This document shows, in pieces, positions 9,039 through 17,402 of a DNA stretch of 44,400 nucleotides. The DNA comes from Methanobacteriota archaeon (GTDB taxonomy: Archaea; Thermoplasmatota; Thermoplasmata; RBG-16-68-12): contig VBML01000020.1 in NCBI GenBank assembly GCA_005878915.1, positions 1-44,400 on the forward strand. Reading direction: 5' to 3'. The notes beneath the pieces are model-generated. The model was not told the origin of the DNA. It made no database searches and was given only the letters and a program-made list of their open reading frames with translations. The number at the start of each line of letters is the position of its first letter. Within the stretch, counting starts at the first letter, position 1. Both the position numbers and the translations under genes were made by a program.

Positions 9039-9046
9039 TTTATACA
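9039..9046 (+). promoter_or_regulatory. TATA-like box for the 9066 ORF / aminopeptidase transcription unit
   Basis: TTTATACA is centred ~24 nt upstream of GTG 9066. No comparable A/T box precedes the aminopeptidase-coding region. Confidence 0.45.
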
Positions 9047-9065
9047 ATATCGGGAATCCTGCCCC

Positions 9066-9272
9066 GTGGCGGGCGGATGGCGAAGCCGCAGGTTCTTTCT
9101 CCTGGGCCTGCCCATCCTCCTTGCGGGTCTCGCCGCGTTCGTCTGGGAGGAGACGCAACCCACAGACTTGGAACTGGTTTCCACCCCCCTCCTCCTTGTC
9201 GGCGTGTTCCTCGTCTTCGAAGGAGTCCTCGCATGGCGGCGGGAGCGGGCATCGAGGGATAACCCTAAATAA
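9066..9272 (+). CDS. Small 2-TM membrane protein, possibly the N-terminal anchor of the downstream aminopeptidase
   Basis: 68 aa with strong GC3 bias, whereas the overlapping peptidase frame is Ser/Arg-rich here. Two hydrophobic helices have positive-inside flanks (RSRRFF..., ...WRRERASR). It has its own TATA box and ends CCT-AAA-TAA. Confidence 0.5.
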   Translation: MAGGWRSRRFFLLGLPILLAGLAAFVWEETQPTDLELVSTPLLLVGVFLVFEGVLAWRRERASRDNPK

Positions 9273-11880
9273 CACGCCCCGATTCAATCGAAGAGCGACT
9301 CGCCGGGGGAGTTCGACGGAGTCCTTTCTCTTCTGCCGGGCATACCACATCGGAGCGGCCGACCGCGTCTTCGCTGAGGAATCCGCTCCGGAACACTTCC
9401 CTAGGGATCGCACGTTCCGCGTCCGCCACATCCGGCTGGATGTCGCTCTCGACCAGGTCAAGGGGGAGGTCCGCGGGACCGCGACCCTGACGCTGAGCCC
9501 GCTGAACGACGGACTGCGCGAGATCGAGCTGGACGGGGATAGCCTCCATATCCGGAAGGTCACGGACGGCGAAGGGCGGGTCCTCGAATTCGATTACGAC
9601 GGCGCGAGGCTCTCGGTGCGCCTCGCCCGAGCGGTCAAGGCGGACTCCGAGTTCTTCCTGAGAATTGCGTACGACTGCAAGCCGCGCAAAGGGATGTTCT
9701 TCGTACATCCCACGAAGGCGTACCCGAAGCACCCCTTCATGGTGTGGACGCAGGGCGAGCAGGAGGACAACCGTTCGTGGTTTCCATCGTACGATTCCCC
9801 GAACCAGAGGATGACCTCCGAGGTGGTCGTTACCGTCGATGAGGCGCAGCTCGCGATCTCGAACGGCCGCCTCGTGAACGAGAAGCGCGATGCGGCGCGC
9901 AAGACCCGAACGTTCCACTGGCTTCAGGACATCCCTCACGTGAATTATCTGATCACGATCGTGAGCGGGGAGTTCGACCGCGCAGAGACGGCGTGGGAGG
10001 GAGTCCCCCTCCAGTACTACGTCCCGAAGGGGGAGGGCGCGAAGATTGACGACACGTTCCGGTACTTGCCCTCCATGATGACGTTCTTCTCGAAGGCCAC
10101 CGGCGTGAAGTACCCGTGGGCGAAGTACGCGCAGGCGGTCGTGCGGGACTTCACCTTCGGAGGAATGGAGAACACGACCCTCACGGTGCTCATCGACAAC
10201 TGCCTCGTGGACCCGTACACTCGTCCGGACTACCGACCCGAAGGCCTGTTCGCGCACGAGCTCGCGCACCAGTGGTTCGGCGACTTCATCACGACGAAGT
10301 CGTGGAACGACCTCTGGCTGAACGAGGGGTTCGCCTCGTACTTCGATCCGCTGTGGTTCGAGGCTGAATTCGGCAAGGATGAGTTCCAATGGGTCATGTA
10401 CGAAACGGCGAACGGGTATTTCGAGGAGGACGCGAGGTCGTACCGCCGCCCGATCGTCACCTCGAAGTACCACGACAACGAAGACATGCTGGACGCGCAC
10501 ACGTACAACAAGGCCGCCTGTGTGCTCCACATGATGCGGTTCGTCCTCGGCGATGAGCTGTGGTGGAAGGGGATTCGCCACTACGTCAAGCGCCACGCGC
10601 TGGGGAATGTGGAGACGAACGACCTCAAGGAAGCGATCGCGGAGGCCACCGGCCGAAACCTCGACAAGTTCTTCGATCAATGGTTCTTCAAGGGGGGCCA
10701 CCCGGAGTTCGACGTCTCCTGGAAGTACGACGACAAGACAAAGCTCGTTGCCCTCACGGTGAAACAGAAGCAGGAGGTCAAGGACCTCACCCCGCTCTTC
10801 TCGACCCTCGTGGAGATCGAGCTGCACGCGAAGGACAAAATCTGGCAGGAACGGATCGACATCTCCCGCCCCGAGCAGACGTTCTTCATCGGCAGCCCGT
10901 CGAAGCCGGATGCCGTGCTCTTCGACCCGAACAACTGGATCCTGAAGAAACTTACTTTCGAGAAGCAAAAGGACGAACTGTTGCACCAGCTCAAGAACGC
11001 GAAGAACGTCGTTCCCAGAATCCAGGCGTGCGAGGGCCTCTCCAAGATTCTCAAGGACGAGGATGTCATCGAGGGGCTGAGGCGCGCCCTCGAGAAGGAC
11101 TCGTACTTCGCGGTGCGGCGCGCCGCCGCGAAGGCCCTTGGGGAGATTCGGACGGACGAGGCGAAGGCCGCGCTCCGGACGGGCGTCGCGGACAAGGACT
11201 CCCGCGTCCGCCGGGCGGCCTATGAGGCCCTCGGCCAGTGGCGGGCGGATGATGAGGCGTTCGAGGTCCTGGCGAAGGCGTGGCGGGAGGAGAAGATGTA
11301 TTACGCCGCGGGCGCGGCCGCCCTGGCGATGGGGGCGTCGCGACACGCGAGGGCCTTCGAAACAATCGCGAAGGGCCTCGACAGGCCCGCCCATGGAAGC
11401 ATCATCACGCGGAACGGCCTCCTCGGCCTCGCCGACCTCCGGGATCCGAAGGCGATTGACGCGATCCGACCGTACACGGAGCCGGGCCGGGCGGAGTTCG
11501 TGCGCCAGTCCGCGTGCATGGCCCTGGGGAAGATCGGCGACCTTCTCGAGGACAAGCGCGACGACATCCGAGACCTCCTCGTGCCGCTGGTTCGCGACGC
11601 TAACTACCGCGCGCGCTTTGGGGCAATTCAAGCCCTCGCGGCCATGGGCGACCCGAAGGCCGTCGGCGAGCTAAGGAAGGTCCAGGAGAGCGACCCCCTC
11701 GGGTTCGTCCGCCGAGGGGCACGCCGCGCCATCAAGCAGATCCAGGAGAAGGTGGCGGAGCGGTCGAAGAAGGTCGAGCAGCAGCAGGAGCTCGACAAGC
11801 TGAAGGAAGAGAACAAAGACCTGAAGGCGCGGGTCGCGAAGCTCGAGTCGCAGGTCGAGAAGGTCCTGAAGAAGCGGTAG
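9121..11880 (+). CDS. M1-family aminopeptidase (aminopeptidase N-like) with C-terminal HEAT repeats and a coiled-coil tail
   Basis: GGMEN exopeptidase motif, HELAHQWFGD zinc site and WLNEGFASY distal Glu. The C-terminus has at least 4 PBS-lyase-type HEAT repeats (VRRAAAKALGEIR, VRRAAYEALGQW, VRQSACMALGKIG, ARFGAIQALAAMGD). It ends in a heptad-rich tail (KKVEQQQELDKLKEENKDLKARVAKLESQVEKV). The 5' end is unresolved: the only in-frame starts are TTG 9121 and TTG 9196, both inside the 9066 ORF. Confidence 0.9.
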   Translation: MRVSPRSSGRRRNPQTWNWFPPPSSLSACSSSSKESSHGGGSGHRGITLNNTPRFNRRATRRGSSTESFLFCRAYHIGAADRVFAEESAPEHFPRDRTFRVRHIRLDVALDQVKGEVRGTATLTLSPLNDGLREIELDGDSLHIRKVTDGEGRVLEFDYDGARLSVRLARAVKADSEFFLRIAYDCKPRKGMFFVHPTKAYPKHPFMVWTQGEQEDNRSWFPSYDSPNQRMTSEVVVTVDEAQLAISNGRLVNEKRDAARKTRTFHWLQDIPHVNYLITIVSGEFDRAETAWEGVPLQYYVPKGEGAKIDDTFRYLPSMMTFFSKATGVKYPWAKYAQAVVRDFTFGGMENTTLTVLIDNCLVDPYTRPDYRPEGLFAHELAHQWFGDFITTKSWNDLWLNEGFASYFDPLWFEAEFGKDEFQWVMYETANGYFEEDARSYRRPIVTSKYHDNEDMLDAHTYNKAACVLHMMRFVLGDELWWKGIRHYVKRHALGNVETNDLKEAIAEATGRNLDKFFDQWFFKGGHPEFDVSWKYDDKTKLVALTVKQKQEVKDLTPLFSTLVEIELHAKDKIWQERIDISRPEQTFFIGSPSKPDAVLFDPNNWILKKLTFEKQKDELLHQLKNAKNVVPRIQACEGLSKILKDEDVIEGLRRALEKDSYFAVRRAAAKALGEIRTDEAKAALRTGVADKDSRVRRAAYEALGQWRADDEAFEVLAKAWREEKMYYAAGAAALAMGASRHARAFETIAKGLDRPAHGSIITRNGLLGLADLRDPKAIDAIRPYTEPGRAEFVRQSACMALGKIGDLLEDKRDDIRDLLVPLVRDANYRARFGAIQALAAMGDPKAVGELRKVQESDPLGFVRRGARRAIKQIQEKVAERSKKVEQQQELDKLKEENKDLKARVAKLESQVEKVLKKR

Positions 11881-12063
11881 GTCCTAGGGGCAAGTGCGAA
11901 GCTCCCGCTCCATGGCCATGCATCCTCCGGAGAGCCCTGTTCGCCTTCACTTATTCTCGTCTCTGCGCGTGCACGAGAGTCACCCATGAATTCAAGCTGG
12001 CCACAAAGCCGTGTACAAGACTCCAAATATACCCGCGGGGCTGTCCTTCATTCGGGGCCGGAG

Positions 12064-12468
12064 ATGGCAGCGACTGCCGCAAGGGGGGTACGGACGATGC
12101 GGCTCCTCCGGTCCCAGTCTCCGAGGGAGACGCTCGCGTTCTGGACCGTCCTTATTCTGTCGTACTTGACGCTCGCCCTCCTCGCGGGACTTCGCGGGAT
12201 CGGGTACTCTGAGCACGTCGACACGCCGAGCAAGTCCATCACATTCGAATTCAATCCATTCCTGTGGCTCCCCGACGTCTTCCTCCACGCGGATCCCTCT
12301 ACGAATCCGGTCCCGTTCATGCTGTGGTGGGTTCTCGTCGCTACCCTCACCGCGGGGGTCGTGATGATCCTCTTCCGGCTCTTTTTCAGGCCGGGGGCCC
12401 GAGCTCGTGCTGCTACGACCGCGCCGTCGCTCCCTCCCTCCCGCCCGCGGGAAGCCAATCCCCGCTGA
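12064..12468 (+). CDS. Hypothetical membrane protein (2 TM)
   Basis: Good GC3 bias. TM helices are FWTVLILSYLTLALLAGL and FMLWWVLVATLTAGVVMILF, followed by a low-complexity tail. AAATATAC (12023-12030) lies upstream. ATG 12064 or ATG 12097 are likelier starts than the track start at 11986. Confidence 0.55.
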   Translation: MAATAARGVRTMRLLRSQSPRETLAFWTVLILSYLTLALLAGLRGIGYSEHVDTPSKSITFEFNPFLWLPDVFLHADPSTNPVPFMLWWVLVATLTAGVVMILFRLFFRPGARARAATTAPSLPPSRPREANPR

Positions 12469-12510
12469 CCAGCGAAAGGGTTATTCGGACGACGGATTTG
12501 ACGAGCCGCG

Positions 12511-13011
12511 ATGGAATTCCCTCGGGTGAATCGGCGCATCGGCGCAGGGAAACACTCTTTGACGAAGGTCTTCCCCGGTCTCGATACCGATCCCGCGTTC
12601 GTCGGGATCTTCCCCGATGGGATCCACCGCGAGGTCCTCGAGAAGTGTTACATCGAGGCCGTCGCGGAGGACATGTACATGTACATCGACGACTCCGACG
12701 GCCACGTCGTGGCGGGCCTTGATTACCTGAAGACGGGCGAGCCCTGGGTCCTTTACCTCGATGTGATCCACGAGCTCACGCACATCCGCCAGTGGCGGGA
12801 GGGTAAGCCCCTCTGGGACCGGAGGTACACATACGTGGATCGTCCAACGGAGGTCGAGGCATACAAGGTCGCGGTCGAACGGGCAAAGGAGCTAGGGATC
12901 CCGGAACGGGAGATCTGCGACTACCTGCGCGTCGAGTGGGTGAGCCGCAAGGAGCACGAACAGCTGTGCCGCCGGTTGGGGCTCCGGATCATCGAGAGCC
13001 ATGCACACTGA
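12511..13011 (+). CDS. Putative zinc metallopeptidase, ImmA/IrrE (M78)-like HExxH protein
   Basis: 166 aa. HELTH sits within VLYLDVIHELTHIRQ, and EVEAYKVA follows ~25 residues later. This resembles the HExxH...ExEANxFA arrangement of COG2856/M78 proteins. There is no signal peptide, TM helix or adjacent Xre-type HTH. Confidence 0.6.
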   Translation: MEFPRVNRRIGAGKHSLTKVFPGLDTDPAFVGIFPDGIHREVLEKCYIEAVAEDMYMYIDDSDGHVVAGLDYLKTGEPWVLYLDVIHELTHIRQWREGKPLWDRRYTYVDRPTEVEAYKVAVERAKELGIPEREICDYLRVEWVSRKEHEQLCRRLGLRIIESHAH

Positions 13012-13129
13012 GGACAATCCTCGCGGCGTGGTTCCGAATCGCGTCGAGTTCCGTCGATAGGAATTAAGGCAGACGGACCCTTCTCGACGCGCTGGTCGAG
13101 TCCGAGCGGCGTTGGTCTGGCACAAACGA

Positions 13130-13462
13130 ATGACGCTGACGTGGGAGGAGTTCCGGAAGATGGAGATTCGCGTGGGAGAAATCGTCGATGCGAAGGACTT
13201 TCCTGAGGCTCGGAACCCCTCCTACCGCCTCACCTTGGATTTCGGACCCGTGGGCGTGAAGAGGTCCTCGGCGGCGATCCGCCGGTGGTACACGAAGGAG
13301 GACCTCATCGGCCGTCACGTCCTCGCCGTCATGAACTTCCCGCCGAAGCAGATCGCGAACTTCGTGTCCGAGGTCCTCGTCCTGGGGGCCGTGCAGCCGG
13401 ACGGCGAGGTCGTGCTCCTGCGGCCGGACCGGGAGAAGGCGCTCGGCGCGCGGGTGGCGTGA
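13130..13462 (+). CDS. csaA: tRNA-binding domain protein (CsaA/Trbp111-like OB fold)
   Basis: The 110-aa EMAP/CsaA pattern is FxKMEIRVGEIVDAKDFPEARNPSYRLTLDFG...VLAVMNFPPKQIANFVSEVLVLGA. I prefer ATG 13130 over the track's TTG 13112. Confidence 0.8.
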   Translation: MTLTWEEFRKMEIRVGEIVDAKDFPEARNPSYRLTLDFGPVGVKRSSAAIRRWYTKEDLIGRHVLAVMNFPPKQIANFVSEVLVLGAVQPDGEVVLLRPDREKALGARVA

Positions 13463-13466
13463 GGCG

Positions 13467-13901
13467 ATGAAGGTACGAATTGCCCCGCTCCGGCTCCCGG
13501 ACTATGAGGCGATGATCAAATTGTGGCGGCGGGCGGGCCTCATGAGCCGCGTGAACGGGCGCGACTCGCGACGGGCCTTCGCCCGCCAGCTACGACTGAA
13601 CCCGGGCTTGTACCTCGGCGCATATGAAGGAGATGTCCTCGTCGGCACGGTCCTCGGCACCCACGACACCCGCAAAGGATGGATCAACCGTCTCGCGGTG
13701 GACCCCGCCCACCAACGACGGGGGGTCGGCACGCGCCTCCTCCGGGCGTGTGAGAAGGCCCTGGCCCGCAAGGGGATGAAGGTGATCTCGGCCTTCGTCG
13801 TGGATGGGAACGACCCGTCGATGAACCTGTTTCGCCGGAGCGGATACGAGCGGGTGCCCGATGTCGTGCATGTCCGCAAGAAACTTCAGGCGGACGCCTA
13901 G
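13467..13901 (+). CDS. GNAT-family N-acetyltransferase
   Basis: The acetyl-CoA motif A is LAVDPAHQRRGVGTRLL. The 144-aa size and secondary-structure pattern are typical of GNAT. Confidence 0.85.
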   Translation: MKVRIAPLRLPDYEAMIKLWRRAGLMSRVNGRDSRRAFARQLRLNPGLYLGAYEGDVLVGTVLGTHDTRKGWINRLAVDPAHQRRGVGTRLLRACEKALARKGMKVISAFVVDGNDPSMNLFRRSGYERVPDVVHVRKKLQADA

Positions 13902-15094
13902 GGGATGACCTTCAGCTCCTTCCCGATCTTCTCGTAGGCCGAGAGGGCGTCATCGAGGTCCTTGCGCCGCAGGCCCGCGGTGACGATGTTTCGGATGCGC
14001 GCGCGGTCCTTCGCGACCATCGGAAACACGATTGGCAGCGCGAACACGCCCTCGTCGAAGAGCCGCTCGCTGAACCGCTTCGCGACCGCTGAGTCCCCGA
14101 GCATCACCGGGGTGATGGGGGTCGCACTGTGCCCGATGTCGAAGCCCATGGAGACGAGCTGCTTCTTGAAGTATCGCGTGTTCCGCCACAGCTTCTTCAC
14201 ATGGCGGGGTTCCGTCTCGAGCACGTCGATCGCCGCGATACACGCCGCCGTCGTCGCGGGCGGGTGCGACCCGCTCAGGAGCCACGTGCGGGACTTGTTC
14301 AACGCATAGTTTCTCAACACGTTGGACCCCGCGACGTACCCTCCGACGACGCCAAGGGCCTTGGAGAACGTCCCCAGCTCGACGTGAATCTTGTCTTCGA
14401 CGTGGAAGTGCGAGGCGACCCCCCGCCCACCCTCTCCGAGGACGCCCTCACCGTGGGCGTCGTCGATGTAGACCATCGCGCCGAACCCCTCCGCGAGCTT
14501 GGCGATGTCCCCGACGGGTGCGATGTCCCCGTCCATGGAGAAGACCCCGTCGCTGATGACCAGCAGCTTCTTGAACTTCGAGTCGGCGTCCGTCAGCGCC
14601 CGCTCCAGGTCCGCGACGTCGTTGTGTTTGTAGATGAACCGCTGGGCCTTCGTGAGCCGGACGCCGTCAATGATCGAGCCGTGGTTCAGCTCATCCGTGA
14701 AGAGCGCGTCCCCCTCCCCCGCGAGTTGGGGGATCAGGCCTGCGTTGCCCGCGAAGCCGCTCATGAAGTAGAGGGCGGCATCCCGACGCTTGAACCGCGC
14801 GATGCGCCGTTCGAGCTCCTCGTGGAGGTCCATGTTGCCCGCGATCGGCCGGACGCTCCCGCTGCCCGCTCCATGGGTCCGGATCGCCTCGCGTGCCGCG
14901 CGCTTCACCTTCACATGCGTGGAGAGATTGAGATAGTTGTTCGAGCAGAGCATGACGACCTCCTTTCCGTCGACGATGCTCCGCCGGGCGTTTGGCCCTT
15001 GGAGCGTCCGGAGCTTCCAGTCCAGGCTCTGCGCCACGAGGTTCTCGTACTCTGTCCGCATCCAGCCCTCAGGGTCCCGCTTCTCCATCCTCAC
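13898..15094 (-). CDS. kbl: 2-amino-3-ketobutyrate CoA ligase (glycine C-acetyltransferase)
   Basis: Alpha-oxoamine synthase family with YIDDAHGEG and the PLP-lysine motif GTFSKALG. A 4-nt start/stop overlap with tdh upstream indicates an operon. Confidence 0.9.
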   Translation of the reverse strand: MRMEKRDPEGWMRTEYENLVAQSLDWKLRTLQGPNARRSIVDGKEVVMLCSNNYLNLSTHVKVKRAAREAIRTHGAGSGSVRPIAGNMDLHEELERRIARFKRRDAALYFMSGFAGNAGLIPQLAGEGDALFTDELNHGSIIDGVRLTKAQRFIYKHNDVADLERALTDADSKFKKLLVISDGVFSMDGDIAPVGDIAKLAEGFGAMVYIDDAHGEGVLGEGGRGVASHFHVEDKIHVELGTFSKALGVVGGYVAGSNVLRNYALNKSRTWLLSGSHPPATTAACIAAIDVLETEPRHVKKLWRNTRYFKKQLVSMGFDIGHSATPITPVMLGDSAVAKRFSERLFDEGVFALPIVFPMVAKDRARIRNIVTAGLRRKDLDDALSAYEKIGKELKVIP

Positions 15095-16137
15095 CCCTCC
15101 ATTGGGAACGCGACCTTCCCGCAGTCCCCGGTCCGCATCACTTCCATCGCCTCGTTGTAATCATCCAGCGGGAACCGGTGCGTGAGGATCGGCTTGAGGT
15201 TCACGTTCCCGCTCTTCAGCAGGCCGCCCATCTGCATCCACGTCCTGTACATCAGCCGACCGTGGATTCCGTACATCGAGAGCCCCTTCGTCACGAAGTC
15301 CGAGATGTCGAGGTTCAGGGGCCTAGGGAAGAGTCCGAGGATGTGGATTCCTCCCGCCGGCCGGGTAATCTTGATCGCCTGCTGGACCGCCGCCTCGCTT
15401 CCGGAGAACTCGAGCGACTCATCCACGCCCTCGCCCGCGGTGGCGTCCATGACCTCATCCGCGAGGCCGTCTCCCGACTTGAGGACGAGATTCGCGCCGA
15501 CCTTCTTCGCGAGGTCCATTCGGTACTTGTTCTTGTGACCGATCGCGATCACCTTGCGGGCCGCCATGGCGCGACACAAGGCCACGGCCATCAGGCCGAT
15601 GGGCCCCAGGCCGAAGATCGCGACCGTCTTGCTCGGGACGTTCGCGTTCGTCGTTGTGTACACCGCATTCCCGAGGGGGTCCTGCATCGTCGCGAGCTCG
15701 AGCGGGAGGTCGTCATCGTTCACGATGACGTTCGAGGCAGGCACGGTCAAGTATCCCGCGAAGGACCCGCCGCGGTCGATGCCGAGGATTGACACGGACT
15801 TGCAGACGTGCGCGTTCCCGGTGCGGCACATGTAGCACCGACCGCACGCGATGTGCCCCTCTGCGCTGACGTAGTCCCCCTTCCGGAAGCCCTTCACGTT
15901 CGACCCAATCTTCTCGATCTCCCCCGCGAACTCGTGGCCCTGGATCAGCGGGGGCTTAATCCGCGCTGCGGCCCAGGCGTCCCAGTCATAGATGTGAACA
16001 TCGGTCCCGCAGATCGAGGCGATCTTGACGCGGATGAGGACTTCGTCCGCGGTGGGCTCTGGCACCGGGACCTGCTGGACCTCCGTGCTCTTCGGGGCAG
16101 GTTTCAGTTTTACAGCGGCTGTCATCCTCGCGGGCAT
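15091..16137 (-). CDS. tdh: L-threonine 3-dehydrogenase (zinc MDR)
   Basis: CGTDVHIY, GHEFAGE, the structural-zinc Cys cluster CGRCYMCRTGNAHVC and a GLGPIG Rossmann motif. ATG 16137 follows a GGGGGA SD-like element (ATG 16125 is an alternative). The track's N-terminal extension to 16254 looks non-coding. Confidence 0.9.
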   Translation of the reverse strand: MPARMTAAVKLKPAPKSTEVQQVPVPEPTADEVLIRVKIASICGTDVHIYDWDAWAAARIKPPLIQGHEFAGEIEKIGSNVKGFRKGDYVSAEGHIACGRCYMCRTGNAHVCKSVSILGIDRGGSFAGYLTVPASNVIVNDDDLPLELATMQDPLGNAVYTTTNANVPSKTVAIFGLGPIGLMAVALCRAMAARKVIAIGHKNKYRMDLAKKVGANLVLKSGDGLADEVMDATAGEGVDESLEFSGSEAAVQQAIKITRPAGGIHILGLFPRPLNLDISDFVTKGLSMYGIHGRLMYRTWMQMGGLLKSGNVNLKPILTHRFPLDDYNEAMEVMRTGDCGKVAFPMEG

Positions 16138-16250
16138 AGGCGTCCCCCAACGCTGCGCGGGGGCGCGGATGCGGCGAGGGCGTTTCAACCTTGTGTTGCG
16201 CAAACGTGCCCACGAGTTCGCGGTGTCAGCGCCCGAAGGGCCGGAAGGGC

Positions 16251-17381
16251 TCACGACCGGATCGGGTGGAGCTTGCTCGTCCGGTAACCGATCACGACGA
16301 ACAGGTATTCCTTTTTCGCGAACTCGCGATCGAGGTCGGCGTCCCCCGTGTCGACACGGAGGACCGGGGTCGCGTTCAGCTTTGAGGGGGTCGCCACGAC
16401 AATCACGTTCGACACCCCGATTCTCCGGATCACCGAGGGACTCACCTGGAGGTTCCCTCTCCCGAGAATGAACCCTTGGGCGCCGATTGGGGACACGATC
16501 AATTTCGAGTTCTTCTGCTCTTCAAGAAGCTTGAGAATTCCGACTTCGTCGAGGTCCGTACCGACGATCTTTCCCCCGCGGTACGCATCGACACCCAGGA
16601 GGGTCTTCCCCACCCCCAGCCGCGTCGCGATGTGTTCGACCGTCGATCCCGGTCCTAGGAAGAGTAGGGAGTCCGGCTCCTTCTCTGCAGTCTCCTTCAC
16701 GTGCTCCGCTATCTCGTCCTTCATCGCCTCGTCGCTGAGTTCCGCGAACAGCATCTTCCCCGTCTGGACGAGGGCGGGTTCCACGAGGGTCTTCGCCGTC
16801 CCGTACAACCGGACCTCCCAATCCCCGCGGCGGTACGCCTCCTCGTCGACGTCGAGGACCTCGGCGTCCCCGATGCGGAGGAAGCCCTGGAGCCACGCAT
16901 CGAGAGCCGCCGCGACCGTCGCGGGGTGGACCCCGAAGACCCCGGAGTGCATCTTCACCCCCGCGGGTACACCGAGAATCGGGATCCGCCGGCCGACCGC
17001 GTCGAAGACGTCGCGGCATGTGCCATCCCCGCCGCAGAAAACGATCAGCTCGCTTCCTCGCTTCTCGAATTCACGACACGCGACCTTCGTATCTTCCGAG
17101 CTTGTTACTTCGGGAGGCGACGTTGCAATCTCTATGGTCGACGGAGGGAAACCACTGGAGGCGAGGGAATCGGAGCCCATGGGTCCTTGACATGTAATCC
17201 AGTGGATCTCGGAAGCGGCCCGGAGCCGCCGGAGGGATTCAAGCATCTCCCCTGCTCGCCTCGGCGCTACCGGCTCGGCCCCGCGTGCACGCGCCTCCGA
17301 GGCGCGGCCATCCGTCCCCTTCAGCCCGACGCGCCCGCCCATCCCCGCAATGGGGTTCACGACGAAGCCGACCCGCCGCAC
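16251..17381 (-). CDS. ATP-NAD kinase family protein (COG3199-type)
   Basis: FVVNPIAGMGGRVGLKGTDG N-terminus and the GGDGT motif (VFCGGDGTCRD), with a C-terminal IVSPIGAQGFILGRGN segment. All are characteristic of the COG3199 NAD-kinase-like family. Confidence 0.8.
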   Translation of the reverse strand: MRRVGFVVNPIAGMGGRVGLKGTDGRASEARARGAEPVAPRRAGEMLESLRRLRAASEIHWITCQGPMGSDSLASSGFPPSTIEIATSPPEVTSSEDTKVACREFEKRGSELIVFCGGDGTCRDVFDAVGRRIPILGVPAGVKMHSGVFGVHPATVAAALDAWLQGFLRIGDAEVLDVDEEAYRRGDWEVRLYGTAKTLVEPALVQTGKMLFAELSDEAMKDEIAEHVKETAEKEPDSLLFLGPGSTVEHIATRLGVGKTLLGVDAYRGGKIVGTDLDEVGILKLLEEQKNSKLIVSPIGAQGFILGRGNLQVSPSVIRRIGVSNVIVVATPSKLNATPVLRVDTGDADLDREFAKKEYLFVVIGYRTSKLHPIRS

Positions 17382-17402
17382 GGACGGACGACCTGCGCGG
17401 AC

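Noticed and set aside
9265-11631. 788-aa ORF antisense to the aminopeptidase gene
   Set aside because: It is Arg/Glu/Val/Leu/Pro-rich low-information sequence with no motifs. It lies exactly antisense to a gene with unambiguous M1 motifs and proper GC3 bias. Long stop-free antisense frames are expected in GC3-rich DNA.
17239-17402. C-terminal continuation of the 401-aa ORF into the NAD-kinase-like gene
   Set aside because: It is part of the Arg-rich read-on after the UbiA frame break. It would overlap the next gene by 143 nt, and the +1 frame carries the real UbiA C-terminus ending at 17403.
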